DNA of 64,000 nt from positions 16,952 to 80,951 of the forward strand of contig CAZCBG010000003.1 of assembly GCA_964496885.1 (NCBI GenBank), in the 5' to 3' direction. Shown one piece after another: positions 18,778-29,023 of the stretch (positions within the stretch are counted from its first letter, which is position 1; each line of letters begins with the position of its first letter). This stretch comes from an uncultured Bacteroides sp. (GTDB lineage Bacteria > Bacteroidota > Bacteroidia > Bacteroidales > JACABE01). The notes beneath the pieces are model-generated. The model had not been told where the DNA came from. It ran no database searches and saw only the letters and a list, made by a program, of their open reading frames with translations. A program made the translations under genes and the position numbers.

Positions 18778-20004
18778 TCAAGGACATTGCTCATCAACTT
18801 TAGCTATTGCTTCTTCATAACCAAGACTTGCTGACATTTTCAAATCTGCACAACTTCCTTTTTTATCATTTTGAATACTCTTAATGGCGCCTCGCATATA
18901 AAAAGCTTCACCGTCTTTTTTGATTTTTATTGATTCATTCAAATCATCCAAGGCTAAATCATATCTTTTCTGATACATATATATTTTAGCTCTTCCCTTT
19001 AATGCTTCAGTATTCTTAGGATTGATAATTAAGGCCCTACGGAAGTCGGCCATCGCCTGAGGGGCTTTGTTCATTTTTACATACAATTCACCACGATGAA
19101 CCCAGACTTCTTCATTGTCCCTATCTAATATAGTTAGTTTAGAATAATCTTTGATGGCGAGCTCGAAATTCCCTAAAGCCGCATTAGAAAACGCTTTTTT
19201 TTCATAAACTTCAGTTGATGAAAATTTCAATACATTTGTCAATTGAGAATAATCAGCCAGTGCTTCAGTATATTTTTTTATTTGATAAAAAGCATTCCCT
19301 CGTTCTATTAAAATTTCTTTTAGATTATAATTCAAGGCAATCAATTTAGTCAGATCGCTGATGGCCAAAGTAGGATTTCCTTTTTCCCAGTTGAGCTTGG
19401 CTCTTTCGTGAAAAGCTTCTGCAAAATCGTTTTTCAATGTAATGGATTTGGTAAAATCATTATTGGCTTCTGTATATTTTTTTAATTTTCCATACACCTT
19501 CCCCCTGCCATAATACAAATTAGCATTGGATTTATCATACTCTACAGATTTAGTATAATCAATAATCGATTTTTCGTATTCATTGCTTTCTTCATACATC
19601 ATGGCTCGCTTTTCATAAACTGCTGCAAAATTAGGTTTGATAGTGATACATTTATTAAAATCGCTCAAACTAGCTTTGTAATCTTTAAGGCTTAAATAGT
19701 ATATACCTCTGTAATAATAAACTAAATAATAGTCTTTGTTTTTTGAAATGGATAAAATATAATCTTTCAAGGCTTCTGCGTTTTTGCCCAGGGCAAAATA
19801 ACAATGACCCCTGTCAGCGAAGGCTTCGTAATAAAATGGACTTTTGATAATGATTTTGTTATATATTTCAATGGCTTCGGTGTATTTACTTTTATGCATC
19901 AGATCTACCGCATCGTTATACATAATAGCCGAAGATTGCGCAAAACCGTGATGAAATACAATTAAAAAACCAATTATTGAAAGAAAACTTTTAAGTTTTT
20001 GCAT
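18778..20004 (-). CDS. tetratricopeptide (TPR) repeat protein
   Basis: 408 aa with a signal peptide. It has about 10 consecutive 34-residue repeats with the A..Y/F...A consensus (YTEAIEIYNKII, NAEALKDYILSI, YEKSIIDYTKSV and others). Confidence 0.8.
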   Translation of the reverse strand: MQKLKSFLSIIGFLIVFHHGFAQSSAIMYNDAVDLMHKSKYTEAIEIYNKIIIKSPFYYEAFADRGHCYFALGKNAEALKDYILSISKNKDYYLVYYYRGIYYLSLKDYKASLSDFNKCITIKPNFAAVYEKRAMMYEESNEYEKSIIDYTKSVEYDKSNANLYYGRGKVYGKLKKYTEANNDFTKSITLKNDFAEAFHERAKLNWEKGNPTLAISDLTKLIALNYNLKEILIERGNAFYQIKKYTEALADYSQLTNVLKFSSTEVYEKKAFSNAALGNFELAIKDYSKLTILDRDNEEVWVHRGELYVKMNKAPQAMADFRRALIINPKNTEALKGRAKIYMYQKRYDLALDDLNESIKIKKDGEAFYMRGAIKSIQNDKKGSCADLKMSASLGYEEAIAKVDEQCP

Positions 20005-20012
20005 TGATAGTG

Positions 20013-20020
20013 TATATTTG
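20013..20020 (+). promoter_or_regulatory. -7 promoter box TATATTTG for pdxH
   Basis: Matches TAnnTTTG and lies inside the TTG-initiated extension of the track ORF, 13 nt before the ATG at 20034. Confidence 0.45.
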
Positions 20021-20033
20021 TAAAAATTTTAAA

Positions 20034-20681
20034 ATGATGCAAGACGACATTGCAAAAATAAGGAAAGATTATAAAAAATTCCAATTAATCGAAAGCAATA
20101 TTGATTCCAATCCGTATAAACAGTTCGGGAAATGGCTGAACGAAGCTATAGCGGCTGAAGTAGATGAACCCACAGCCATGACTTTGGCAACTATTTCTAC
20201 CAAAGGATTTCCATCGGCACGTATTGTATTGTTAAAAGCATACGACGATAAAGGGTTTACTTTTTTCTCCAATTACGAAAGTCGTAAAGGAAATCATATT
20301 AAAAAAAATCCGAATGTAGCCCTGGTTTTCTTTTGGAAGGAATTGGAACGACAGGTTCGCATTGAAGGTGAAGTGCAAAAGGTATCCGCCAAAGAATCAG
20401 ATACCTATTTTGCCAGCCGGCCTTTCGAAAGTCAGGTAAGTGCCAGCATTTCGGAACAGAGTGCCACTATTCCCGACAGGAATTATATTGAAATGCTTCA
20501 TCAATTATTTGTAAAAAAACAAGGTGATAAACCCATTCCTCGACCTGATAACTGGGGTGGATATCGTGTAATACCAAGAAGGATAGAGTTTTGGCAAGGT
20601 AGGGAGAACCGCCTCCACGATCGTATCAAATACTGCAGTAAAGATGCAAAAAACTGGAAAATAAAAAGGATAGCACCTTGA
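20034..20681 (+). CDS. pdxH: pyridoxamine 5'-phosphate oxidase
   Basis: The track ORF starts at a TTG (20004). The first ATG (20034) gives MMQDDIAKIRKDY and a length of 215 aa. Motifs are PTAMTLATI...PSARIVLLK, QVRIEG and FWQGRENRLHDR. Confidence 0.9.
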   Translation: MMQDDIAKIRKDYKKFQLIESNIDSNPYKQFGKWLNEAIAAEVDEPTAMTLATISTKGFPSARIVLLKAYDDKGFTFFSNYESRKGNHIKKNPNVALVFFWKELERQVRIEGEVQKVSAKESDTYFASRPFESQVSASISEQSATIPDRNYIEMLHQLFVKKQGDKPIPRPDNWGGYRVIPRRIEFWQGRENRLHDRIKYCSKDAKNWKIKRIAP

Positions 20682-20750
20682 TAAGTTTGTTTAAGAAACT
20701 GTAATCGCTTCAATTGAAGTGAAACGATGAACAATTTATTAAGTTTAAAG

Positions 20751-22856
20751 CTAACTGATTTTTTCCCAACTTCCTCTTATTTTCTTCATTTTCAGGAGTT
20801 CATCTTTTAGTTTTCGATTTTTAACGGATTCAAGCAAAGGATCCTCTTTTAAAATATCTATGGCCTGATTTCGGGCAATTTTAATAAGATTTTCATCTTT
20901 CACAATATCAGCCAGATGAAGATCGAGCATGCCACTTTGCTGGGTACCCTGCATATCTCCAGGACCACGGAGTTTTAAATCGGCTTCCGCTATTTCGAAA
21001 CCATCTGTCGTTCGAACCATGGTTTCTATCCGTTTTTTCCCATCTGAGGTCAGCTTATTTCCTGTCATCAAAAGACAATAAGATTGCTCTGCACCACGTC
21101 CAACCCTGCCTCTGAGCTGGTGGAGTTGAGATAATCCAAAGCGTTCTGCATTTTCGATTACCATTACCGAAGCATTGGGAACATCCACACCTACTTCAAT
21201 AACAGTAGTAGAAACCATAATCTGTGTTTCGCCTTTTACAAAACGTTGCATTTCAAAATCTTTAACAGCAGACTTCATTTGTCCGTGCACAATACTTACG
21301 GCATATTCTGGGAGTGGAAATTCGCGGGTTATACTATTGTAGCCATCCATCAGATCTTTTAAATCAAGGGTTTCCGATTCGTTTATAAGTGGGTATACTA
21401 CATATACTTGTCTTCCTGCAGTGACTTGTTGCTTAATAAAACCAAATACTTTGAGTCTGGCCGAATCAAAATAATGAAAGGTTTTTACGGATTTTCTGCC
21501 AGGAGGCATCTCATCTATGGCAGAATAATCTAAATCTCCGTAAAGTGTCATTGCAAGCGTTCGGGGAATAGGAGTGGCTGTCATTACAAGAATATGAGGT
21601 TGTCTTTCATTCTTTTCCCATAGTTTTGAACGTTGCTCAACTCCAAAACGGTGCTGCTCGTCGATAATTACCAGGCCCAGATTGGCAAACTGTACCGTAT
21701 CTTCAATCAAAGCATGAGTGCCTATTAAAATATGTATTTCGGACGATTGCAAGCCCTCATCAATGAGTTTGCGTTTTGCTTTTTTACTTGAACCGGTAAG
21801 CAATTCAACCTTAATACCCATACCATTCAGCATTCTATTGATGGTTTCAAAATGTTGGTTGGCCAGTATTTCGGTAGGAACCATCAAACAGGACTGAAAA
21901 TTGTTATCAGCTGCAATCAGCATACACATCAGGGCTACCAATGTTTTCCCGCTTCCCACATCTCCCTGCAGCAAACGGTTCATCTGTTTGCCGGAACCTA
22001 AATCGTTGCGGATTTCCTTGATTACCCGCTTTTGTGCATTGGTAAGCTCAAAAGGAAGGTTTTGTGTGTAAAAAGTATTGAAATAATGACCCACTGTTCC
22101 AAAGCGATGACCTTGTACTTTCGTCAAACGAATTTGTCGCATCATCAGCAAGCTTAACTGGAGATAAAATAGTTCTTCAAATTTAATACGTAATTGCGCT
22201 TTTTGTAGTATTTCAGTATTTGAAGGAAAATGAATGTTAATCAGGGCTTCTTCTCTGGAAATGAAGTGGTATTGACTGATAATTTCAGTTGTCAAAGTTT
22301 CGGGTATACTACTTTTGGCAATACCTACCAAGGTCTTGGTAATTTTACTGATACCTCTTGAAGTAAAACCCAGTGCCTTTAATTTTTCCGAAGAACTGTA
22401 ATATGGATACAAGCCTTCGGTGACTTCGCTTTGACTTTCGGCAATAGACTCTATATCAGGGTGGAGAATATTGTAGGTTCTGTTAAAGAGGGAAGGTTTG
22501 CCGAAAACAACATACTCCTCACCTAATCTGAGTTTTTCTTTGATCCATTTCACACCCTGAAACCATACCAATTCTATACTGCCTGTGTCGTCTTGAAATT
22601 TAGCTATAAACCTACTACTCCTCATTTTTCCTACAGTTTCGGTAGATACTATCTTACCTTTCATCTGCACATACACAAGGTCGTTCGTAATTTCGCTGGC
22701 TTTATAAAACTTGGTTCTGTCGATATAACGAAAAGGGTAATATTGCAATAAATCACCAAAACAACCTATATTCAATTCTTTACGAAGCAATTCTGCCCTT
22801 TTAGGGCCGACTCCTTTAAGATATTCAATCGCTGTTTCGGCAAAACTGTAAGCCAT
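20751..22856 (-). CDS. recG: ATP-dependent DNA helicase RecG
   Basis: 701 aa. Contains a wedge/OB N-terminus and the helicase motifs MNRLLQGDVGSGKT, DEQHRFGV, TATPIPRT and QLHQLRGRVGRG. Confidence 0.95.
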   Translation of the reverse strand: MAYSFAETAIEYLKGVGPKRAELLRKELNIGCFGDLLQYYPFRYIDRTKFYKASEITNDLVYVQMKGKIVSTETVGKMRSSRFIAKFQDDTGSIELVWFQGVKWIKEKLRLGEEYVVFGKPSLFNRTYNILHPDIESIAESQSEVTEGLYPYYSSSEKLKALGFTSRGISKITKTLVGIAKSSIPETLTTEIISQYHFISREEALINIHFPSNTEILQKAQLRIKFEELFYLQLSLLMMRQIRLTKVQGHRFGTVGHYFNTFYTQNLPFELTNAQKRVIKEIRNDLGSGKQMNRLLQGDVGSGKTLVALMCMLIAADNNFQSCLMVPTEILANQHFETINRMLNGMGIKVELLTGSSKKAKRKLIDEGLQSSEIHILIGTHALIEDTVQFANLGLVIIDEQHRFGVEQRSKLWEKNERQPHILVMTATPIPRTLAMTLYGDLDYSAIDEMPPGRKSVKTFHYFDSARLKVFGFIKQQVTAGRQVYVVYPLINESETLDLKDLMDGYNSITREFPLPEYAVSIVHGQMKSAVKDFEMQRFVKGETQIMVSTTVIEVGVDVPNASVMVIENAERFGLSQLHQLRGRVGRGAEQSYCLLMTGNKLTSDGKKRIETMVRTTDGFEIAEADLKLRGPGDMQGTQQSGMLDLHLADIVKDENLIKIARNQAIDILKEDPLLESVKNRKLKDELLKMKKIRGSWEKIS

Positions 22857-22867
22857 TTTTTTTATTG

Positions 22868-22875
22868 CAAACCTA
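22868..22875 (-). promoter_or_regulatory. -7 promoter box TAGGTTTG (minus strand) for recG
   Basis: Plus strand reads CAAACCTA, 12 nt upstream of the ATG at 22856. Confidence 0.5.
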
Positions 22876-23081
22876 CAAATTTATTAGGAAATAATAAATG
22901 GATTATATTAAAGTCTTTAATAAATGACAAAAAAATCCATAATTTTAGTCGATGGAACAAAAACGGATGAAAATCTTAATTATTGAAACACAGCTATTTT
23001 TATAAAATTATTTATTTCTTAAAAAACTAAAAAATCATGTAATCTCTGATTCTCTCATTCCCTAAATTCATAAATAATCCC

Positions 23082-23089
23082 TACCTTTG
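23082..23089 (+). promoter_or_regulatory. -7 promoter box TACCTTTG for uvrA
   Basis: Matches TAnnTTTG, 25 nt before the ATG at 23115. Confidence 0.5.
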
Positions 23090-23114
23090 CAGCCGTTTTT
23101 GAAAAACTATTTGA

Positions 23115-25949
23115 ATGCCTGATAACGAAGCTAAAAACCTTGAAATTTACGGTGCAAGGTCGCATAATTTAAAGAATATTGATGTTCGTATTCCGCGAGA
23201 CAAATTGGTAGTTATAACCGGTTTGAGTGGAAGCGGAAAGTCATCATTGGCATTTGATACCATTTATGCTGAAGGCCAAAGGCGTTATATGGAAACGTTT
23301 TCAGCGTATGCCCGTCAATTTATAGGTAATCTGGAACGTCCTGATGTAGATGAAATTACAGGTTTAAGCCCCGTTATCTCTATCGAACAAAAAACCACTG
23401 GAAAAAATCCTCGTTCTACTGTGGGAACTATTACCGAAATTTATGATTTCCTGCGTTTACTTTATGCAAGAGTGGCAGATGCTTACTCATACCTCAGTGG
23501 TGAAAAAATGGTTCGTTATTCAGAAGTTCAAATCATAGCTGCTATCGAAGAAAGGTATTCCGGGAAAGGCATCATTATATTGGCTCCATTGGTTAAAGGG
23601 CGTAAAGGACATTACCGGGATTTGTTTGAGCAAGTGCGCAAACAAGGTTTTCTGAAAGTCCGCATTGATGGAGAAATTAAAGAAATCAACTTTGGAATGC
23701 AGGTTGATCGCTACAAAATCCATGATATTGAAGTGGTTATCGATAAAATTAAAGTAAATGAAGATGCTAGCCAAAGAATTACCCAGGCTGTTCAGATTGC
23801 TTTGCGTCATGGCAAAGGTATGCTGATGGTTATGGAGCACGAAAGCAGTGAAGTGCGACATTACAGTCGTTTGCTCATGTGTCCAGTTACCGGAATTGCT
23901 TATAGTGAACCTGAGCCCAATTCTTTTTCCTTCAATTCACCATATGGAGCTTGTCCACATTGTAATGGTTTAGGTGAAATAGCTGAAATGGACTTTAATA
24001 AAATAATTCCAGATAAAACTAAATCGATCCATCAGGGTGGAATCATACCTATTGGAGCACATAAGACAAGCTGGATATTCAAACAACTGGAAGCCATAGC
24101 CGAAAAGCATAAATTTAGTCTTGATACTCCTATTGAAGATGTTCCCGAAGAAGCCATGAACAGCATATTATATGGCTCCGATGAAGTATTGAAAGTTAAA
24201 AATGATTATTTAGGTGTAACTACTTCATATGCCATTACTTTCGAAGGGGTGATTAATTTTATTTCCAACCAGAATAACGACTCAGCACCTCAGGGGATTA
24301 AGAAATGGGCAAGCAATTTCATGAACAAAATACCTTGCCCTGATTGCAATGGAAGCCGGTTGAAGAAAGAATCACTTCATTTCAGAATAGGCGAAAAAAA
24401 TATTTCTGAACTTTCCAATATAGACATGATAGTGCTCAATGAATGGTTTGAACATATCAATGAAGTCCTTGACGAAAGGAAACAAAAAATTGCGTACGAG
24501 ATTGTTCGCGAAATTCAGACTCGTATCAGTTTTTTGCTAGATGTTGGGATTGATTATCTTACGTTGAATCGTCCATCTAAGAGTTTATCAGGAGGTGAAT
24601 CGCAACGTATTCGATTGGCAACACAAATCGGATCGAAACTTGTGGGCGTTCTTTATATTTTAGATGAGCCCAGCATTGGTTTGCATCAAAGAGACAACCT
24701 TAGGCTGATTAAAGCGCTGAAAGATTTGCGAGATATTGGCAACTCGGTAATTGTAGTAGAACATGATAAAGAAATGATATTGGCTGCCGACCATGTAATA
24801 GATATTGGCCCCGGAGCAGGTATACACGGTGGAAAGATTGTGGCTGAAGGTCATCCAAAAGATATGATGCATGGCAATACCATTACTTGCGATTATCTTA
24901 CTGGAATTAGAAAAATTGATATCCCATTAAAGCGCCGTCAACCCAATGGTAATTTTCTTATTTTAAAAGGTGCGAATGGTAATAATTTAAAAAATGTTAC
25001 GCTCAAATTGCCTTTAGGTATCTTCGTTTGTGTAACAGGAGTTTCAGGAAGCGGAAAATCCAGCCTGATCAACGAAACTCTGCATCCTATTCTAAGCAAA
25101 TATTTCTATCGTTCCGATAAAAATCCATTACCTTATAAAGCCGTAGAAGGATTAAAACATATTGACAAAGTAATTGAAATAGATCAATCGCCCATTGGCA
25201 GAACACCTCGTTCTAACCCTGCAACTTATGTTGGCGTTTTTGATGAGATTCGTAAGTTGTATGCCAACTTACCCGATTCCAAGATCAGGGGATATTTGCC
25301 AGGCCGTTTTTCATTCAATGTAAAAGGAGGTAGGTGTGAAACCTGTGGTGGTGCCGGTTTACGTACGATTGAAATGAATTTTCTGCCGGATGTTTATGTC
25401 CCTTGCGAAACCTGTGGAGGTAAACGATACAACCGTGAGACCCTAGAAATCCGTTTCAAAGGAAAATCTATTAATGATGTTTTGAACATGGATATTGACC
25501 AGGCTGTTGAGTTTTTTGAAAACATTCCTTCTATCCTTATTAAAATTCAGACATTGAAAGATGTCGGATTGGGATATATTACTTTAGGCCAACAATCTAC
25601 TACCCTTTCGGGAGGAGAAGCCCAACGTATTAAACTGGCCACTGAACTTTCAAAAAAAGATACAGGCCAGACACTTTACATTCTTGATGAACCAACTACC
25701 GGTCTGCATTTTGAGGACATTAGGGTTTTGTTGGAAGTTCTCAATAAACTCGTCGAAAAAGGCAATACAGTCCTTGTAATTGAACACAATCTGGATGTAA
25801 TCAAAGTAGCCGACTATATCATTGACATCGGCCCCGAAGGCGGACAAAAAGGTGGAAATATAATTGCCGAAGGTACACCCGAAGAAATAGTTAAACAGAA
25901 GAAAGGCTATACCGCTCCTTATTTGAAAGAGGTTTTGGAAATCCTTTAA
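23115..25949 (+). CDS. uvrA: excinuclease ABC subunit A
   Basis: 944 aa. Contains two ABC ATPase modules (GLSGSGKSSLAFDT, GVSGSGKSSLINET; LSGGESQRIRLA, LSGGEAQRIKLA) and zinc modules (CPHCNGLG, CETCGGAG...CETCGGKRY). Confidence 0.97.
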   Translation: MPDNEAKNLEIYGARSHNLKNIDVRIPRDKLVVITGLSGSGKSSLAFDTIYAEGQRRYMETFSAYARQFIGNLERPDVDEITGLSPVISIEQKTTGKNPRSTVGTITEIYDFLRLLYARVADAYSYLSGEKMVRYSEVQIIAAIEERYSGKGIIILAPLVKGRKGHYRDLFEQVRKQGFLKVRIDGEIKEINFGMQVDRYKIHDIEVVIDKIKVNEDASQRITQAVQIALRHGKGMLMVMEHESSEVRHYSRLLMCPVTGIAYSEPEPNSFSFNSPYGACPHCNGLGEIAEMDFNKIIPDKTKSIHQGGIIPIGAHKTSWIFKQLEAIAEKHKFSLDTPIEDVPEEAMNSILYGSDEVLKVKNDYLGVTTSYAITFEGVINFISNQNNDSAPQGIKKWASNFMNKIPCPDCNGSRLKKESLHFRIGEKNISELSNIDMIVLNEWFEHINEVLDERKQKIAYEIVREIQTRISFLLDVGIDYLTLNRPSKSLSGGESQRIRLATQIGSKLVGVLYILDEPSIGLHQRDNLRLIKALKDLRDIGNSVIVVEHDKEMILAADHVIDIGPGAGIHGGKIVAEGHPKDMMHGNTITCDYLTGIRKIDIPLKRRQPNGNFLILKGANGNNLKNVTLKLPLGIFVCVTGVSGSGKSSLINETLHPILSKYFYRSDKNPLPYKAVEGLKHIDKVIEIDQSPIGRTPRSNPATYVGVFDEIRKLYANLPDSKIRGYLPGRFSFNVKGGRCETCGGAGLRTIEMNFLPDVYVPCETCGGKRYNRETLEIRFKGKSINDVLNMDIDQAVEFFENIPSILIKIQTLKDVGLGYITLGQQSTTLSGGEAQRIKLATELSKKDTGQTLYILDEPTTGLHFEDIRVLLEVLNKLVEKGNTVLVIEHNLDVIKVADYIIDIGPEGGQKGGNIIAEGTPEEIVKQKKGYTAPYLKEVLEIL

Positions 25950-26079
25950 TTAATTAAACTGAAAATTTTTAATTTCATTTTGTTTAAAAAGTTCATAAAA
26001 TAAATGCTTTTTCCTCATGAATTTCTTACTTTCGTAAAAGATTCATCACTTTGATTTTTATTATTATAATTTCTTTGTT

Positions 26080-27150
26080 ATGAGGGTATTGAAATTAATA
26101 TGTCTGTTTGTTTTCTTGGTTTTTCCAGCGAAAGCTTTCCTTCAGGAAAATGTTTTTTTTAAGGATTTTGACGATGATATCCGAGGGAAATATGGTTTGC
26201 GTATTATGTTCTACAATCTGGAAAACTTTTTCGATACACACAATGATAGCATAACACTGGATGATGATTATACTACTTTTGGTCTGAAACACTGGGGCGG
26301 TGAGAAATACAATGCCAAGCTGAACAATATATACAAAGTAATTGCTAGTGTGGGTGGTTGGGAACCACCTGAAATTATCGGTGTTTGTGAAATAGAAAAC
26401 AAATGGGTAGTAAGCGAAATTGCCATCGGAACTCCTTTACGAAAATTTAATTATAAATATATTCATTACGATTCGCCCGATCCCAGAGGGATTGATGTGG
26501 CATTGCTTTATCGTCCGGATAAATTTACACCAATATTTCATCAACCGTTGCGAATTATCTTCCCTTTTGATACAACTGCAAGAACCAGAGATATTTTGTA
26601 TGTAAAAGGATTGACAACTACTAAAGATACTTTGCATATCTTTGTCAATCATTTCCCTTCCAAGTTTGGGGGTGCAATGATAACTATTCCAAAGAGAAAT
26701 TATGTTGCCGGCTTTTTAAGAAACAAAATTGACAGTTTGCTGTTAATCAACCCTAATGCGGACATCATTGTCATGGGCGATTTTAACGATGAACCTACGG
26801 ATGAATGCATGACGAAATATTTGAAAGCAAAATGTGATAGCAGTGATATTCATTTCGGTGATTTGTTCAATCTGATGTGTAAATTGAAAGCAACGGAAAA
26901 AATAGGGAGTAATAAATTTCGCGAACAATGGAGTTTAATAGACCAAATTATCGTATCAAACACATTGGCTAAAAATATAAAAAAATGGCATGTAAAAAAT
27001 TTACGCGCTTTTATTTTCAAAGCCGAGTATTTATTACAATCTGACGAAACCTATTTGGGCGTAAAACCTTTCAGGACATACAATGGCTATAGATATACAG
27101 GAGGTTACAGCGATCATTTGCCTGTATATATGGATTTGATTTACGAATAA
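26080..27150 (+). CDS. secreted endonuclease/exonuclease/phosphatase (EEP) family protein
   Basis: 356 aa with a signal peptide. N-terminal YNLENFFD, GDFNDEPTD and the C-terminal GGYSDHLPVY are the EEP catalytic signatures. Confidence 0.8.
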   Translation: MRVLKLICLFVFLVFPAKAFLQENVFFKDFDDDIRGKYGLRIMFYNLENFFDTHNDSITLDDDYTTFGLKHWGGEKYNAKLNNIYKVIASVGGWEPPEIIGVCEIENKWVVSEIAIGTPLRKFNYKYIHYDSPDPRGIDVALLYRPDKFTPIFHQPLRIIFPFDTTARTRDILYVKGLTTTKDTLHIFVNHFPSKFGGAMITIPKRNYVAGFLRNKIDSLLLINPNADIIVMGDFNDEPTDECMTKYLKAKCDSSDIHFGDLFNLMCKLKATEKIGSNKFREQWSLIDQIIVSNTLAKNIKKWHVKNLRAFIFKAEYLLQSDETYLGVKPFRTYNGYRYTGGYSDHLPVYMDLIYE

Positions 27151-27265
27151 AAGATAATTGTGAATTAAAAGATACCTTGCTATTTCACAGATTAAATCAG
27201 TATAAAAAAGAATATTTAGAAATTTACAAAACAATAATCTAATAACCAATAACTAATTACTAAAA

Positions 27266-27781
27266 ATGAAACAGAAACAACTACTTATCATAGCAGCAAT
27301 TGCACTTACAATGGGTATCATTTCAATTGTCTATTTTACAAACAGAACTAAAGTAAACCCTCAGGAAACTTTAACCCACAAATCCGAAGAACCTGCATTT
27401 ACCAAGCAGGCTGAGCTTTCTTTTTTTAGAGGAGCTGACAATACTGTAATAAATACGATTTCTATCGAATTTGCCAAAGATGAATATTCACGTGAAAAAG
27501 GCCTGATGTATCGTCGGTCAATGGATGAAATGCAGGGAATGTTATTTATCTTTGAAGATGAAGCGCCTCGTTCCTTTTGGATGAAAAATACTTATATTTC
27601 TTTGGATATAATCTATATAGGTGAGAATAAAAAAATTGTTTCGATTCAAAAATCGGCGATTCCATTATCGGAAGAATCTTTACCTTCTTTTAAAGATGCA
27701 ATGTATGTATTAGAAGTTAACGCAGGCTTTACTGATAAATACAACATCAAAGAAGGAGATGGGATTCGTTTTACCGAATAG
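27266..27781 (+). CDS. DUF192 domain-containing protein
   Basis: 171 aa with an N-terminal TM/signal segment. The core GLMYRRSMDEMQGMLFIFEDEAPRSFWMKNTYISLDIIYI is typical of DUF192. Confidence 0.75.
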   Translation: MKQKQLLIIAAIALTMGIISIVYFTNRTKVNPQETLTHKSEEPAFTKQAELSFFRGADNTVINTISIEFAKDEYSREKGLMYRRSMDEMQGMLFIFEDEAPRSFWMKNTYISLDIIYIGENKKIVSIQKSAIPLSEESLPSFKDAMYVLEVNAGFTDKYNIKEGDGIRFTE

Positions 27782-27789
27782 TAAAAATG

Positions 27790-28125
27790 TCAGACTTTCT
27801 TAGCTTTGTAACCAAGTTTCAATAATAATTCGAGCACTTTATCTTTAAAATCGCCTTGAATTAAAATTTCACCATCTTTTGCAGTACCGCCAACACCACA
27901 TTTGGTTTTAAGCAGTTTCCCTAAATCGCTCAAATCATCCTCCTTACCAATAAAACCGGTAATTAAAGTGACTTTTTTTCCGCCTCTTTGCTTTTTGTCC
28001 AATAAAACCCTAAGGTCTTGTTGTTTAGGAACTAAAGTGTCTTGGATTTCTTCTTTATCAAACTGATATTGAAAATCTGGATTGGTTGAATAAACAATCC
28101 CGATAGGATTATTTTTTTTTGACAT
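27790..28125 (-). CDS. SUI1/YciH-type translation initiation factor
   Basis: 111 aa. GGKKVTLITGF...LKTKCGVGGTAKDGEILIQGDFKDKV is the SUI1 fold signature. Confidence 0.85.
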   Translation of the reverse strand: MSKKNNPIGIVYSTNPDFQYQFDKEEIQDTLVPKQQDLRVLLDKKQRGGKKVTLITGFIGKEDDLSDLGKLLKTKCGVGGTAKDGEILIQGDFKDKVLELLLKLGYKAKKV

Positions 28126-28126
28126 T

Positions 28127-29023
28127 TTAAGGAATTATTACGTTAAGTGCTAAATGATTAACTTGTATATGAAGATTCTTAGTAAGTTTAACAGCTTCAC
28201 CATCAATATTTACAACTCTGTTACGTTTACGTTCTATAAATACTTCTTTGGTTTTAATGATTTCGAGATAATTGGTTTTATACAGTTGTTTTAAAAAAAG
28301 TAACTGTATAAAAAAGAGCATTTTATAAACCGGAATTTTCTTAACAACACATACATCTATCATTCCGTCATCTATTTTTGCATGAGGTGCAATGGAGGTA
28401 TTGTATCCAAACTGATCGGAATTGGCAAAAACAATCATCAGTGCTCTCCTCTTGATAACTTCACCATTAAGTGTAAGTTGGTAGTTTTTGGGACTATACA
28501 TTCTGTACTCTTTACTTGCTATTGTAAAATAAGACCAAAAACCTCTTTTGTTATATTTTGCAAATCTTTTGGCAACCAATGCATCAAACCCAATCCCTGC
28601 AATACTTAAAAAAAGCCTTTCGTTTACATTTACAGTATCAACCGAAGTATAATTATTTCTATTAATTACTTCTATGGCATCTTTAATTTTAAATGGAATT
28701 TTCAGGAATCTTGCCAGTCCATTTCCAGACCCCAATGGAATAATGCCAAGTTTTACTTTGCTTCCTTTTAATCCATTCACAACTTCATTTACTGAGCCAT
28801 CTCCGCCTACAGCAACAATTATATCAGCCCCATCAATAATAGCCTGTTCTGTTAAATTAATAGCGTGTTGAGCATATTCTGTATGAATGATCTGATAATC
28901 ATATTTCTCTTTGTCAATAAACAAAGCAATTTGATTATCGACATTTTTTCGCTTTACAACTCCTGAAATAGGATTGATAATAAAAATGATTTTTTGTTTT
29001 TCCAATTTTTTTGATTTATTCAA
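28127..29023 (-). CDS. diacylglycerol/lipid kinase family protein (YegS/DgkB-like)
   Basis: 298 aa. Motifs are IIFIINPISG and the DAGK catalytic motif VAVGGDGSVNEVVNGL...IPLGSGNGLA. The start codon is TTG at 29023 (verified), with no ATG upstream of the conserved N-terminus. It overlaps the preceding gene's stop by 8 nt. Confidence 0.8.
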   Translation of the reverse strand: MNKSKKLEKQKIIFIINPISGVVKRKNVDNQIALFIDKEKYDYQIIHTEYAQHAINLTEQAIIDGADIIVAVGGDGSVNEVVNGLKGSKVKLGIIPLGSGNGLARFLKIPFKIKDAIEVINRNNYTSVDTVNVNERLFLSIAGIGFDALVAKRFAKYNKRGFWSYFTIASKEYRMYSPKNYQLTLNGEVIKRRALMIVFANSDQFGYNTSIAPHAKIDDGMIDVCVVKKIPVYKMLFFIQLLFLKQLYKTNYLEIIKTKEVFIERKRNRVVNIDGEAVKLTKNLHIQVNHLALNVIIP

